Shown: positions 46,368 to 56,352 of the stretch, piece after piece
How the letters are laid out: each line of letters starts with the position of its first letter
Numbering within the stretch: the first letter of the stretch is position 1
Source: a virus
Taxonomy: Duplodnaviria > Caudoviricetes
Virus record (IMG/VR): IMGVR_UViG_3300033066_001917
Coordinates: 136,246-200,245 of that record
Reading direction: 5' to 3' (one strand)
DNA length: 64,000 nucleotides
The notes under the pieces: generated by a model
Seen by the model: the letters and a program-made list of their open reading frames with translations, nothing else
Told to the model about the DNA's origin: nothing
Database searches by the model: none
Position numbers and translations under genes: made by a program

Positions 46368-48194
46368 TCAACGGGAGCGAACGCACCTGAATCCGGTACC
46401 CCGTTCCATTGTTGTGAGGGGTCTGGAAATTCTACTGGCAGTTCGCAAATTTGCGGGGACAGTTGTTTCCCAACTACCCCCACGAACTACCCTAGAGGAT
46501 GTCATCCCACTAAGCTGCCCACACAACGGGTTGACGTTTTCCGGAACTGACCAGCAACCAGCATAGTTGTAATTCTGGAAACTATCCGCCATCCACTCGT
46601 AAACTCCGCCCCCCATATCATGAACCCCATCGGGAGTGGTACCGTCAGGAAACCCACCCACCACACAGGCACCCGTACGGGTACTATTTCCTGACCAGCA
46701 CACCAACCCATCTTCCGGGTTCGTTGACCCCCACGGATATGGGTTGGAATTCCCGCCCCTCGCCACCCACTCCCATTCAGCTTCAGTTGGGAGCCTCCCA
46801 CCATCCCAAACACAAAAAGCTTGAGCCGTGGTCCAATTCACACAGTTGATCGGGGACGTTAAGGAAGGACCTCTCCATGTACAACCAACACCGGATCCAG
46901 GTTCAGTGACACTTCCAGCCGTGGGATAGGATCCCGAGGGGTATAGAACGGAAGAAGGGGATGGGTGTCCGGCATTCCAGTAGGATCGAAATCTCTCAAC
47001 AGTTACCTCGTAGGTATCCACATAAAGGGGGGAAATGGTCACTCGACGTTGGATGGGGGTGGAGTTAACACCCAAAACATCACCCATCTCAAACATACCC
47101 CCCCTCACAGTCGTAATACCACAGGAGGATGAGGCCATGCAGGAAATGGGGACCATGCACTCACCTGAAACACATGGGAAACCAGTTCGGCAAGCTCTAC
47201 CGCAAGCACCACAATGGCTAACGTCATCGGTAAGCCTACGGCATACTCCACCACACGAAACAAGATCCCCGGAGCAAGTGCCCCCACCACATGCCCTCAA
47301 CCCTATCGTCCCACAGGGAACGCAAGAGTTACCATCCCTAATATAGCCCGGATTGCACAAGAATTCGCACACCCCAAGGATACAAGAAGTTGACGCATTA
47401 GGTGTGGTGGGGCAAGGTGAACACCCGCCACAGTGAGCTGGATCCGTCAAATGTGGGGTGCAAACCCCTGCGCACACCGTAGTACCCGAAGGGCAGGAAC
47501 ACACACCGGCAGAGCATGTAGATCCCCGGGGGCACACAAATCCACATCTGCCACAGTGAGAGGGATTGGTTGACGTATCAATTTCGCACCCCGTAAGTGA
47601 GTCCGAGTCACAATCCTGAAGGGATCCGCGGCACAATCGAATTGCGCAAGATCCCATTGAGCATTCATTCTCGGCACCCGGAAGGTTGCAAATGACCCCA
47701 CAACCCCCACAATGGGAGGGGTCCGAACGAGTGTCTACACAACGGGATCCACACAGAGTTAATCCGTGGCATGGATCTGCATCGGGAGGAGCACTAACTT
47801 CCCTGTCTACCATAACATCCACACCCATCTCAGGTGTGATATCCACCGAGGCATCGGGGGATGGTTCTGGAGAATGCTCTACTGCCGATTCAAAAGATGG
47901 TTCCTGAATCTCCACTGGTGGTGAGTCCACTACGGGAGACAGCTCATCCGGAGTCTCTTCCAAAGCATCGGGTGTGTCCCACGAATCACCGGGAGAGTCA
48001 TCCATAGACAGATCCGGAGTAGTGTCGGGTAAAGCATCCGGTGGGGGGGTATCCACCACCACTTCTTCCCGTGTAACTATCTCCGAGGGTGAATCCACCA
48101 CCTCTACCAACGATCCATCAAAGTTCACAATGATGGTGTCGGGAGTACAAGCACCCAGGAGCAACAAGCAAGCACTTAAGTTTCGAAGATTCAT
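46368..48194 (-). CDS. lipoprotein with acidic Pro-rich linker, Cys-rich DPxHCGxC repeats and FGE-sulfatase (C-lectin fold) domain
   Basis: LLLGAC lipobox; four HCGxC repeats; EVT, RLPTEAEWE, YPWG, RGGSW, GFRC. Confidence 0.88.
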   Translation of the reverse strand: MNLRNLSACLLLLGACTPDTIIVNFDGSLVEVVDSPSEIVTREEVVVDTPPPDALPDTTPDLSMDDSPGDSWDTPDALEETPDELSPVVDSPPVEIQEPSFESAVEHSPEPSPDASVDITPEMGVDVMVDREVSAPPDADPCHGLTLCGSRCVDTRSDPSHCGGCGVICNLPGAENECSMGSCAIRLCRGSLQDCDSDSLTGCEIDTSTNPSHCGRCGFVCPRGSTCSAGVCSCPSGTTVCAGVCTPHLTDPAHCGGCSPCPTTPNASTSCILGVCEFLCNPGYIRDGNSCVPCGTIGLRACGGGTCSGDLVSCGGVCRRLTDDVSHCGACGRACRTGFPCVSGECMVPISCMASSSCGITTVRGGMFEMGDVLGVNSTPIQRRVTISPLYVDTYEVTVERFRSYWNAGHPSPSSVLYPSGSYPTAGSVTEPGSGVGCTWRGPSLTSPINCVNWTTAQAFCVWDGGRLPTEAEWEWVARGGNSNPYPWGSTNPEDGLVCWSGNSTRTGACVVGGFPDGTTPDGVHDMGGGVYEWMADSFQNYNYAGCWSVPENVNPLCGQLSGMTSSRVVRGGSWETTVPANLRTASRISRPLTTMERGTGFRCVRSR

Positions 48195-48296
48195 TGTGCC
48201 TCAATGGCACAGGGTAATAAATCAGAACTGAAACTGTGCCAACATTTTACCTTTACCCTTATAGGGTGGCCTTAAACATAAAAAATGCGAAACTCG

Positions 48297-48674
48297 TCAG
48301 GAATACGTGAGAACACCCATCACGTTCCCGGAGTTTGTATAGACCACACGACGGACGCCAGCCTTCCGAATGGCACGGTCGCAAGAAGAACAGGGACGAC
48401 TGTCCCCCCACTTCCCCCCACAGGAACGAGCCACATAAAGCGTGGCACCGTGCAGCGCCGAAGGGGGAACCTTCTTCATCGCCCGAACCTCGGCGTGATG
48501 GTCCGGAAGACGGCGATCCTGCGTAGTCACATTGACCGCTACAGCCGTGGAGTCCTTCGTAACCACGATGGCCCCGTGGTAGGACTCCCGCTTGACACCC
48601 AGAGCCTTGCCTTTGATCTCCTCGGCCGCGGCAACCGTGTGCGCTTCCTGAAGACGGCGATAGCTGTTAGCCAT
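48297..48674 (-). CDS. Zn-dependent nucleotide/nucleic-acid deaminase
   Basis: HAE and SRPCSSC; class-1 motif upstream. Confidence 0.8.
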   Translation of the reverse strand: MANSYRRLQEAHTVAAAEEIKGKALGVKRESYHGAIVVTKDSTAVAVNVTTQDRRLPDHHAEVRAMKKVPPSALHGATLYVARSCGGKWGDSRPCSSCDRAIRKAGVRRVVYTNSGNVMGVLTYS

Positions 48675-49085
48675 GGTGATCCTCCAAACCTATATCGGAT
48701 GAGGAGGGTGAAAACCTACCTGTAAATAAGGTTTTCGGTATTTCTCAGTTTGGCCGCACAATCCCGAAGAAGAAATCTATCCCGAGGGTTGAGAACCTCC
48801 CTCAGGTTATCCGTTTCAACGTGGCCAACTTTTTCGCGGGGGACAAAAAACAGGGGTTCAAGACTCATCCGCCAAGAGCGAACGGGTTTAAGTTCTCTTA
48901 GGGCTTCTAGACAAACGCAGACGACACTATCAACGGGCCAGTGAAAAGAGAGGATATCTTTCGGTGTGCAAAGGAGGTACCATTTCCGATTACTTTCGTA
49001 GAGGGTTCCTTCAGGATCTACAACATCTCCAGGTACCAATTCCCCCGTTAACCAAGTGGGTTTCCATAAATCTTTAGCAAACAAT

Positions 49086-50030
49086 TCAGAAACCCAATTC
49101 CATGAAAGTTAGATCAGCGCAAGTCAAGTAACCCTCCACCATATCGGTGTCGACCTCTGTGTTAGATCCGTAAATGATATAAGTGAGGAGGGAATTTGGA
49201 TCCACAGGGGTGATTCGAACAGGAACGCCAAAATTGGTTTCTTGACCAACCTCTACGAAGATATCACCGTAAATGGAAATCCCTTCCTCTCCCATCGTCA
49301 CACGAAGTGTGGGACGAGTGGAACCTTTTTCTGCCGCTAGAACATATCGATTTTGGTAGGTCATGTTTGTGTTACCCCTGGATCTCCCTAAGGATCCACC
49401 CAAAAATGATTCAAGTTGGAACTTGACCCCATACCCAAAACACATCAAAAGAGCCAATCCGTAGAATTGAGCTTCCGTTGGGTTTTTTCGATAAGATTGA
49501 ATTAAGGAGGGGAGAAAAAGAAGGGCGGAGACTATGGTTTCCATGTCTCCTATTCGATCGGGGAGTGGTTTCGTTACTGTCGACGAAAGGCGCCAGGACG
49601 GTATGTTGGAGTGGTGCCTCCGAACAAGGAAAGTAACCACGGAATCTGAGTCGTACATGGCAATATCCTCTTGGGCGCCAGTGGGGACACCGTCTATCCG
49701 TTCCCAATCCCAATAGGTAAAAGATCCCTCACGGTAAATGCGATATGTGGCAACATTACCATTTTCCAGGACTAAGACCCAAATCTGAGATTCCGGATTT
49801 TCTCTATCACCACCACTTAAGGTAGATGCTGTATGTGGCATCCACTCTGTGACCACATACCAATCGTCCTTATCTCCGTATGTAAGAGTGCCATCCCTAG
49901 TGCATTCTTTGAGGGAATCCAGGATCCCCTCCATATCATAGCCTTCCGAAAGAAGGCTAGCCACTAGAGTTTGATGGCAAGATCCCTTATCCACATGGAA
50001 GGTTACGGATTTTTTATCTGGCTTCTTCAT
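49086..50030 (-). CDS. hypothetical protein
   Basis: 314 aa ORF. Confidence 0.65.
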   Translation of the reverse strand: MKKPDKKSVTFHVDKGSCHQTLVASLLSEGYDMEGILDSLKECTRDGTLTYGDKDDWYVVTEWMPHTASTLSGGDRENPESQIWVLVLENGNVATYRIYREGSFTYWDWERIDGVPTGAQEDIAMYDSDSVVTFLVRRHHSNIPSWRLSSTVTKPLPDRIGDMETIVSALLFLPSLIQSYRKNPTEAQFYGLALLMCFGYGVKFQLESFLGGSLGRSRGNTNMTYQNRYVLAAEKGSTRPTLRVTMGEEGISIYGDIFVEVGQETNFGVPVRITPVDPNSLLTYIIYGSNTEVDTDMVEGYLTCADLTFMELGF

Positions 50031-50033
50031 AAG

Positions 50034-50077
50034 AGCGTGTGATGGGGGTCGAACCCATGACCTTTAGTTTAGTTGGA
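50034..50077 (-). pseudogene. 3' half of a tRNA (U73, Gly-like)
   Basis: GGTC-ATGGG-TTCGACC-CCCAT-CACACGC-T; no matching 5' half seen nearby. Confidence 0.6.
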
Positions 50078-50112
50078 CTTTAATTGTTGGGTTTGGCTGG
50101 TACTGTGGGAGT

Positions 50113-50796
50113 ATGCGATATTCTCTACGATGCGATGATGAGACTTTCAGGTCTCTAGTCAAAAAACACACCAATCGAGCCTCGATTCTGCGTGAGTTGG
50201 GTTACGCCCCTGGCAACGGTTCCACCAACAGGATTTTGAACAAAAGGGTATCTGCCCTCGGTTTAGATACATCGCACTGGAAATTGGGCAGTGGTGGGAA
50301 AAAAAGAACACCCACAGCCCAATTATGTTTGCCGGACATCGAATACTCTTCCAGTAGATTAAAAGAGAGATTGTGGAGAGAGGGTCTGCTTTTACGGATG
50401 TGTGCGCTCTGTGGTTTGGGTGAGTTGTGGCAAGGGAAATTTCTCTGCCTTCATATGGACCACATCGACGGAAATCGAAAAAACAACACCCTGGAAAATC
50501 TGCGCATCCTGTGTCCCAATTGCCATCAACAGACTGAGACCCACGGGACAAAATCCCTGAAAGGGACGGGCAAAAAATGGTTTTGCAATTCGTGCGGGAG
50601 GAAAACATCCTATGGGGCCAAAAAATGCAACCCGTGCAATTCCAAAGAGAGAAATAACCCCACCAAAATAACGTGGCCATCCCAGGATGAATTGATTGAT
50701 AGAATACGCCAGAAATCGATAACTTCAGTGGCTCTTGAATTGGGGGTATCCAATACCGCCGTCCGTAAAAGGTTGAAGGCCGCTAGGAATTCCTAG
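50113..50796 (+). CDS. HNH endonuclease with C-terminal HTH
   Basis: LHMDHIDGNRKNNTLENLRILCPNCHQQT; VALELGVSNTAVRKR. Confidence 0.9.
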   Translation: MRYSLRCDDETFRSLVKKHTNRASILRELGYAPGNGSTNRILNKRVSALGLDTSHWKLGSGGKKRTPTAQLCLPDIEYSSSRLKERLWREGLLLRMCALCGLGELWQGKFLCLHMDHIDGNRKNNTLENLRILCPNCHQQTETHGTKSLKGTGKKWFCNSCGRKTSYGAKKCNPCNSKERNNPTKITWPSQDELIDRIRQKSITSVALELGVSNTAVRKRLKAARNS

Positions 50797-50804
50797 CGGC
50801 CTTC
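50775..50804. terminator. 30-bp perfect palindrome between convergent HNH and tRNA-Gly
   Basis: GAAGGCCGCTAGGAATTCCTAGCGGCCTTC. Confidence 0.6.
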
Positions 50805-50805
50805 G

Positions 50806-50879
50806 TGGAGCAGGCGGCGGGAATCAAACCCGCCCCAAGAGAGTGGAAGTCTCGTATGCGATCAATACACCACGCCTGC
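50806..50879 (-). tRNA. tRNA-Gly (TCC)
   Basis: GAGA-CTTCCAC-TCTC, U73, CCA. Confidence 0.88.
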
Positions 50880-51395
50880 GATTGACCGTTATGGGATAGG
50901 CGACGGTCACGCCGGGATAACAAGTCCCACTCTTACTTTAGTTCATTCCAGAGTTGTACCAACTCCCTGGAATATACCCACCTTACCGTGGTAGGTGGCG
51001 AATCATATTACTCACCTGAAGTCGTCATCGGTTCGAAGAACTCATCTCCCGGACCAGATTTCCATTGATGTAGGTGAACTGGTCAGCCTTCCGGTAGTTT
51101 TCAGCCCCCGGATCGCTTCTTTTCCACAGACACAACAGGTAAGAGCTCTCCTCGCTTTCCGCATAGAACGGGTCTTTGCGTAGAATTCGAAAAACCACGC
51201 GATGTGATGGGTTTTCCGCGAGGTATCGTTTCACCTGTCGTTTTAGTGACCAGAAAGAATCCGCTCTGCGAACGATCGTACCCTCGGTCCAAAGGTAAGG
51301 CCGATTCGATTTTTGATCAAGAAAAGTTCGATTGCTGTTGAACTTACGTGGGGAACACACAAAAACAACGGTCATAATGCCTCATTTGTGATGTT

Positions 51396-51427
51396 GTAGG
51401 TGGACACCCAACAGGGTGTCCACCTAC
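51396..51427. terminator. intergenic hairpin
   Basis: GTAGGTGGACACCC-AACA-GGGTGTCCACCTAC just after stop of 51440..52222. Confidence 0.6.
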
Positions 51428-51439
51428 AAACCATTCCGA

Positions 51440-52222
51440 TTACTTGGAGACTTTGGCAGGAATCCGTCCGAATCGAGCCATCATCAGGCTGCGAGCCTTT
51501 CGGAGATACTTGAACACGGAAGGAAGGTCATCCTGGGTGACGATCTTGACTGTCACCCCACGGGAACAACCCTTTCGGGGGTGGAGGAACCAGAGAACAA
51601 GCTCCATGTGGGGGGCTTCCTCTGTGAAAACGTGACCATGACCACCGCACTCGGGACAAGTCGTCGGAATCCCCCGACGATCACACCGGGCACGAATCAG
51701 GATGCTACGGTTGATAGCATCGTGGTGGTAATCCCCAAGCCCACCGTGCGCGTTGGTATTGTTGACCTTGTTCAGGAAATCCTGGTCAACGACCGGCTTA
51801 ACTCGCTCCCCCCTCTGAGAACCCCAACACCGACCGGCATCCACAAGAGCCTGAAGCTCATCCAGGGTGATATTGGAGCCCCACCCACCGTAGAAGGAGT
51901 CCACGATGCTTCGTGCCATTGGATGATAACCACTTCCATCACACTCTGAACAGGTGGTGGAATTCCGAACGATCTCGAAGTGGAAATTGGCGACCACATT
52001 GAGATCATCCTGGCCCCACTCGAACTCGGCCCAGGATGGAATATCAATTCCGGCGTCCCATCCACCATGGCCCTCTTTGGCAGGACCCTTCATGTAATCC
52101 TCCCCCGGACCCCACGAATTGTAGTCAGGATTCAGAGCGAGGGTCGAAAGCATCCAAGGAAGGGCACCAAGCCGGGCCGCCTCCTCAACATCATACTTGT
52201 CATCGGCTTTGTAGTTCCGCAT
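51440..52222 (-). CDS. protein with split DnaJ-type Zn finger
   Basis: CSECDGSG and CPECGGHG about 100 aa apart. Confidence 0.65.
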   Translation of the reverse strand: MRNYKADDKYDVEEAARLGALPWMLSTLALNPDYNSWGPGEDYMKGPAKEGHGGWDAGIDIPSWAEFEWGQDDLNVVANFHFEIVRNSTTCSECDGSGYHPMARSIVDSFYGGWGSNITLDELQALVDAGRCWGSQRGERVKPVVDQDFLNKVNNTNAHGGLGDYHHDAINRSILIRARCDRRGIPTTCPECGGHGHVFTEEAPHMELVLWFLHPRKGCSRGVTVKIVTQDDLPSVFKYLRKARSLMMARFGRIPAKVSK

Positions 52223-52279
52223 CGTTTCCTCTTTCCTTGCTTCTTACGCTAAAGACTTGGGAACGGTTGAAGAAAAGTA

Positions 52280-52678
52280 TCAGAAATGATCGGCTCCCCA
52301 GAACACATCGTCCCAGTCGCGGCGGATAACACCGCCTACCTCCAAGTACCCACCCATGATCTTCATGACTTGTTCAGATGGGACTTTCTCTCCCATTCGG
52401 GCGGTCCCCACATCCACGTTATACAATCCACCCCCAACTTCAGTAACTTTGAGGGAGTTCATGGTGCCATAAGCGGGACGTGTTTCCACGATAACACCCT
52501 CTTCCATTGGTTTACGGAAAAGAGTACCCAGGAACTGGATTGTTTCTACGGCGGAAACGGGAGTGGGGAAAACCCTGACATTGTCCAGAAGGACAATGTG
52601 ATCGTGATCGTCTGTCCGACGAACTATCAAATTTCGAGTGGGGGATCGTAGTAGGATATCCAAGAGGACTTCTGACAT
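52280..52678 (-). CDS. hypothetical protein
   Basis: GAGG SD; GGGLYNVDVG resembles GGWYDVRVG of neighbour. Confidence 0.55.
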   Translation of the reverse strand: MSEVLLDILLRSPTRNLIVRRTDDHDHIVLLDNVRVFPTPVSAVETIQFLGTLFRKPMEEGVIVETRPAYGTMNSLKVTEVGGGLYNVDVGTARMGEKVPSEQVMKIMGGYLEVGGVIRRDWDDVFWGADHF

Positions 52679-52700
52679 AGTCCTCTTTTACGTTGGGGAT

Positions 52701-53081
52701 CTACGTTGCGGAAGCGAAAACCCCATCAAACGAAATGGAAAAATTCGCCACCATGAGGTAATTCCCCAAAGCTCTTAGAACACCCTCTCCGGAACACCCT
52801 GGATGGCGTAGAACCCCGTCCACGGAAACGTCGTAACGGTCGCCCTCCTTCCGAACAACAATAGCCCGTTCGGTTTGACCGGAGAAACCAATGTACTCTC
52901 CGAGAATATACATCGTCTCCAAGAGAGTGCGGTGGTAATAGTGGAAGAAATTACCTACACGAACGTCGTACCAACCACCGTCCAACCGTTCCACGGTTAA
53001 GGTCATCTCCGGATTCGCCTGAATTTCTGTCTCAACAATTACCACACTAAGCGTTACGCACGGTTGCTTGTTTGCGGTCAA
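52701..53081 (-). CDS. hypothetical protein
   Basis: internal repeat YDVxV..LGxY; start uncertain. Confidence 0.5.
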   Translation of the reverse strand: MTANKQPCVTLSVVIVETEIQANPEMTLTVERLDGGWYDVRVGNFFHYYHRTLLETMYILGEYIGFSGQTERAIVVRKEGDRYDVSVDGVLRHPGCSGEGVLRALGNYLMVANFSISFDGVFASAT

Positions 53082-53813
53082 TTGTTTCTTGTTCTAGAAG
53101 AACAATCAAAACTACGACAGTCTTACCCGAACCTGACCCTTCACTGTAATCGGAGGGATGCGGTCAATGCCGAGCTTGATTTCTACTTTCCCGATTTGAG
53201 ATTGGCTTTTGAACTCAACGGCATCTGCCACTATGAACCGATCTATGGCCCTGAAAAACTGTTGAACGTTCGGACCAACGATTGCCGAAAATGGGCGGCA
53301 TGTTTGGAAAAAGGAATAGAGCTATGTGTGTTGGACTCAAGCACTATGATTCATTTCAAACCCCAGAAAGCTGAGGCGTTCCTGAGCCTTATCCAGGGTG
53401 TGGTTGATAGAGTTGTAGGGGATAGGCTCCAGAGTGGAATCAACGTTCAATCCACGGATCCAACGAGAGGGAAAGCCGAAGTAGCAACAACCCAAAGCCC
53501 AATGCCACCTTTCGCCGTGTCCACGATGTTGGAAGAAGTCCTCCAATGGCAGAGGGAAATTCAACAGGGGGCCACGAAACGGTCTCAGATTGCTAAAAGA
53601 GAGGGGATCACGGGTGCAGCCGTTACCCAGAGGATGTACCTCTTGCTGCTTCCGCCCGAAGTTCGCCAGAAGATTTTGGATAGGGACCCGTCTTATGGTT
53701 GGGTCACACCGACCGAAGCTATTCGGTCGGCAATGGCTTTTAGGGGTGGTGATGAGAAGAGAGGTAGAAACAGGTGGGTCAGGCGGAAGTCGAATCCGCA
53801 ACTTCCAGATTAA
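53064..53813 (+). CDS. 5'-truncated paralogue of the 30016 nuclease-HTH protein
   Basis: ELDFYFP..AFELNGICHYEPIYG, STDPTRG linker, IAKREG..LLLPPEV; no Zn fingers. Confidence 0.72.
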   Translation: MLVCGQLFLVLEEQSKLRQSYPNLTLHCNRRDAVNAELDFYFPDLRLAFELNGICHYEPIYGPEKLLNVRTNDCRKWAACLEKGIELCVLDSSTMIHFKPQKAEAFLSLIQGVVDRVVGDRLQSGINVQSTDPTRGKAEVATTQSPMPPFAVSTMLEEVLQWQREIQQGATKRSQIAKREGITGAAVTQRMYLLLLPPEVRQKILDRDPSYGWVTPTEAIRSAMAFRGGDEKRGRNRWVRRKSNPQLPD

Positions 53814-53847
53814 GAATCTGATACTCTGCCGATTGAGTTACTGACCC
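53775..53847 (-). tRNA. tRNA-Lys (CTT)
   Basis: TCAGA-TTCTTAA-TCTGG, A73. Confidence 0.9.
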
Positions 53848-53852
53848 GAAGA

Positions 53853-53930
53853 TGGCGGGACCGGAAAGATTTGAACTTTCAACCGTCGATTTAACAAAAC
53901 GCCGCTCTAACCAGTTGGAGCTACGGTCCC
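53853..53930 (-). tRNA. tRNA-Asn (GTT)
   Basis: loop TTGTTAA, GCCA end; weak anticodon stem. Confidence 0.82.
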
Positions 53931-53937
53931 GAATGCG

Positions 53938-54045
53938 ATCCATAGGCTGCGGTCGAATCCGCAGCCGTTCTATTCTGGATGTTCATCTGGGGGGTCATGG
54001 TTTGAGCCTTCGGACTACTTTACTCTACTGAAGAGGACTATGGGT
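53938..54045 (-). ncRNA. structured RNA related to 8259..8408
   Basis: shares GTAAAGTAGTCCG and GATGAA; CCATAG/CTATGG closing stem. Confidence 0.55.
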
Positions 54046-54333
54046 GGAAAAACGACCACTGAACCGGAAATAATTTTTCAGTAGACCAGGATTCCTTTTT
54101 CACTCACAAAAACAAACATCTCGGGGGGCTTGGGGTTTACTCTGGAGACAAGAGGAAATACCCAAAAACCGCCACTAGAAAAACCTTCACCATGGATAAG
54201 GTGCGGGTAGTGAAAATAGCAAAATCCCCACGCCGCTTTGAAAGAGGTTTCTTTGTCCCCTTGACCAGAAATGATACGGCTAAATTTGGAGTTACATCTG
54301 GATAGGTGGTTATCCCTGGTTTCTACCAAGGAT

Positions 54334-54663
54334 TCACTTCCACGCATGGTTTTCCACCGTAGCCATTTCGTCGTCTGAACCGTACGAAATCTCTGCCCAC
54401 TCAAGGGAAGTGGACCCATCATCATATCGCTTACTGTTCAAGTAAGCAATAAACTCAGCCCTCTGCCTGTCTCCCCGGTGACTCTCGGCCCATCCTTCCT
54501 TACTCCCATCCGGACACACCATCATTGATGCAAAACCGTTAATGAGAGGGGCAGAAGGACCCAAAACTGCGCACCCAAGCTTACGGGCTTGATCCGCTGC
54601 ATCTTGAATGAGTTTATCATTATGACTGGTAACAACGATTGTGTGATGAAGCATGTACCCCAT
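54334..54663 (-). CDS. conserved-looking phage protein
   Basis: MGYMLHHTIVVT..PDGSKEGW. Confidence 0.65.
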   Translation of the reverse strand: MGYMLHHTIVVTSHNDKLIQDAADQARKLGCAVLGPSAPLINGFASMMVCPDGSKEGWAESHRGDRQRAEFIAYLNSKRYDDGSTSLEWAEISYGSDDEMATVENHAWK

Positions 54664-55273
54664 ATAAACCTCAGAGTTTTGTGGTCATCCACCGAAGTGC
54701 GGTAGAAACATTGGGCTCATTACCCTCTGGCTCCCAACCGTGCGCCATTCGATGGACACGGTAGACCATTCTTGGTTGCTCACCGGAGATGGTCTCCATG
54801 AGCCGAATGGCCTCCTTTTCTTTCGTTGACGCAAGGGTGGGAAGCGTGAGCCAACCACCCCGATTGAAGCATCCTTGAACGGCGTAGTATCTAGCACTCA
54901 TGGGGGGTTTACGCCGGGGAAATGAAATTGATTTCACCAATCCCACTCGTCCCCAACTAAATGATAAACGCCATTATCCCCGGCATACACCCACTGGAGG
55001 ATGGGGTCATCATCATGTTGCACCGAGTCTCCTGAATAGGAGACGGAAAAAATCCAACCCCCGGATACACGAAACATAGTGTGTGGCATCGCATCAAAAA
55101 GACGGCCCTTGTCGTCGCTGAAGTGATGAAAAAGGTAGGCTCTTGTACGTCGATAAGCCTCCCAGGCCCCTTCTTTGGAATCCCAGAATCCTCCGGACGA
55201 AGATCCTTTGGCCGTGTAGAAACGGCGGATAAGACACGACTTGGGGCCGTGACCACCGCAATCGGGGCAAATG

Positions 55274-56293
55274 TTAGGCAGCATCGGTCCAAGAAGGGTT
55301 CAGATGACGCATAAGGGTGTTAGCGTATCTTACGGCCTCCTCCCGCAGATAGAATGACTCCTGGTCAACAAGATCGTTCCAAGTGAGGGTGTTCCACACT
55401 TTGCCCCCGAACCGATGAGACACGACATAGGGGCGACGGTCCCACGGTTGGTGATGAATTTGGAACACACCAACCACCTCGGGAAGATCGCTCTGGCGCT
55501 CCCAGTCCGGAAAATTGGGGCGGATAGGCAGTGCTGCGGGGTCATCAAGGAAAATGAATTCCGGCTCATCCGCCGGGCGAAGGTAACCCATGTCTTCGAG
55601 GGCCTCCTCCTCTTCCTCGGGATCTTCGTCCGGTTCGGGAAACCAGGAGATTACCTCTGTCTCCATCTGTTCCCCGGCAAGGTACCGCTCCTTCAGACTC
55701 TCAGCCTCCTCGGGGTCATGGGGGGATGTCCCATAGGGCATCACTGAGGGGATGTATCCAACGGTAGGTTCGCTAAGAACCAGCGAATCAAACAGGTACT
55801 CCATAAAGGAATCATCATCGTAGCCCATATCATCATCGTAGCACGATCCATCGTCCTGTTGGAGGGATGCGCAACCCCGATCTTCCTCACACACCACAGT
55901 AACCACGAACCCACTACGCCGAAGGTCACGAACGAGAGACTTGGGGAGTGCCCGATGCCGATGACCACAGCAGCACCCCTGAAAAGGAGGGCCCTCTTGG
56001 CGCCAGTTAAAAAGGATATTCCGAGCATCTCCGACCCACTCATCCGGCAGGGCATTGATATCGGCGCCCGGAACGGGGTATACGCAATGATAATCCCCGG
56101 GGCAGAGATCCGTCTCGTAATCATCCGGGTCCTCCCCAAACCCATCGGTGTTCACCAGGATTCCAGAGTTGGGGGGGAGCAGCCGAAGTTCGTGGCATTC
56201 CTCGGAGCAATGGGTATCCGTCCACCCGCTTTCCACGGGAAAGGTTTGCTGGCACGCACGACAAACGGACATTTCGGTGGCTTCGTAGTTCAT
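55274..56293 (-). CDS. acidic Cys-containing hypothetical protein
   Basis: GAGGAG SD, class-1 motif upstream. Confidence 0.65.
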   Translation of the reverse strand: MNYEATEMSVCRACQQTFPVESGWTDTHCSEECHELRLLPPNSGILVNTDGFGEDPDDYETDLCPGDYHCVYPVPGADINALPDEWVGDARNILFNWRQEGPPFQGCCCGHRHRALPKSLVRDLRRSGFVVTVVCEEDRGCASLQQDDGSCYDDDMGYDDDSFMEYLFDSLVLSEPTVGYIPSVMPYGTSPHDPEEAESLKERYLAGEQMETEVISWFPEPDEDPEEEEEALEDMGYLRPADEPEFIFLDDPAALPIRPNFPDWERQSDLPEVVGVFQIHHQPWDRRPYVVSHRFGGKVWNTLTWNDLVDQESFYLREEAVRYANTLMRHLNPSWTDAA

Positions 56294-56352
56294 CCTAGAC
56301 TCCTCTTACGTCTGTACCCCTACACATATTGCCTGAGGCCCACAAAAATCAA

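Noticed and set aside
46368-46500. C-lectin/FGE C-terminus as a diversity-generating retroelement target
   Set aside because: No template repeat or reverse transcriptase seen in the window; cannot be excluded elsewhere in the genome
50034-50879. Group I intron-split tRNA carrying the HNH
   Set aside because: No matching 5' exon, HNH is antisense, no intron core recognised, and the flanking tRNA-Gly is complete
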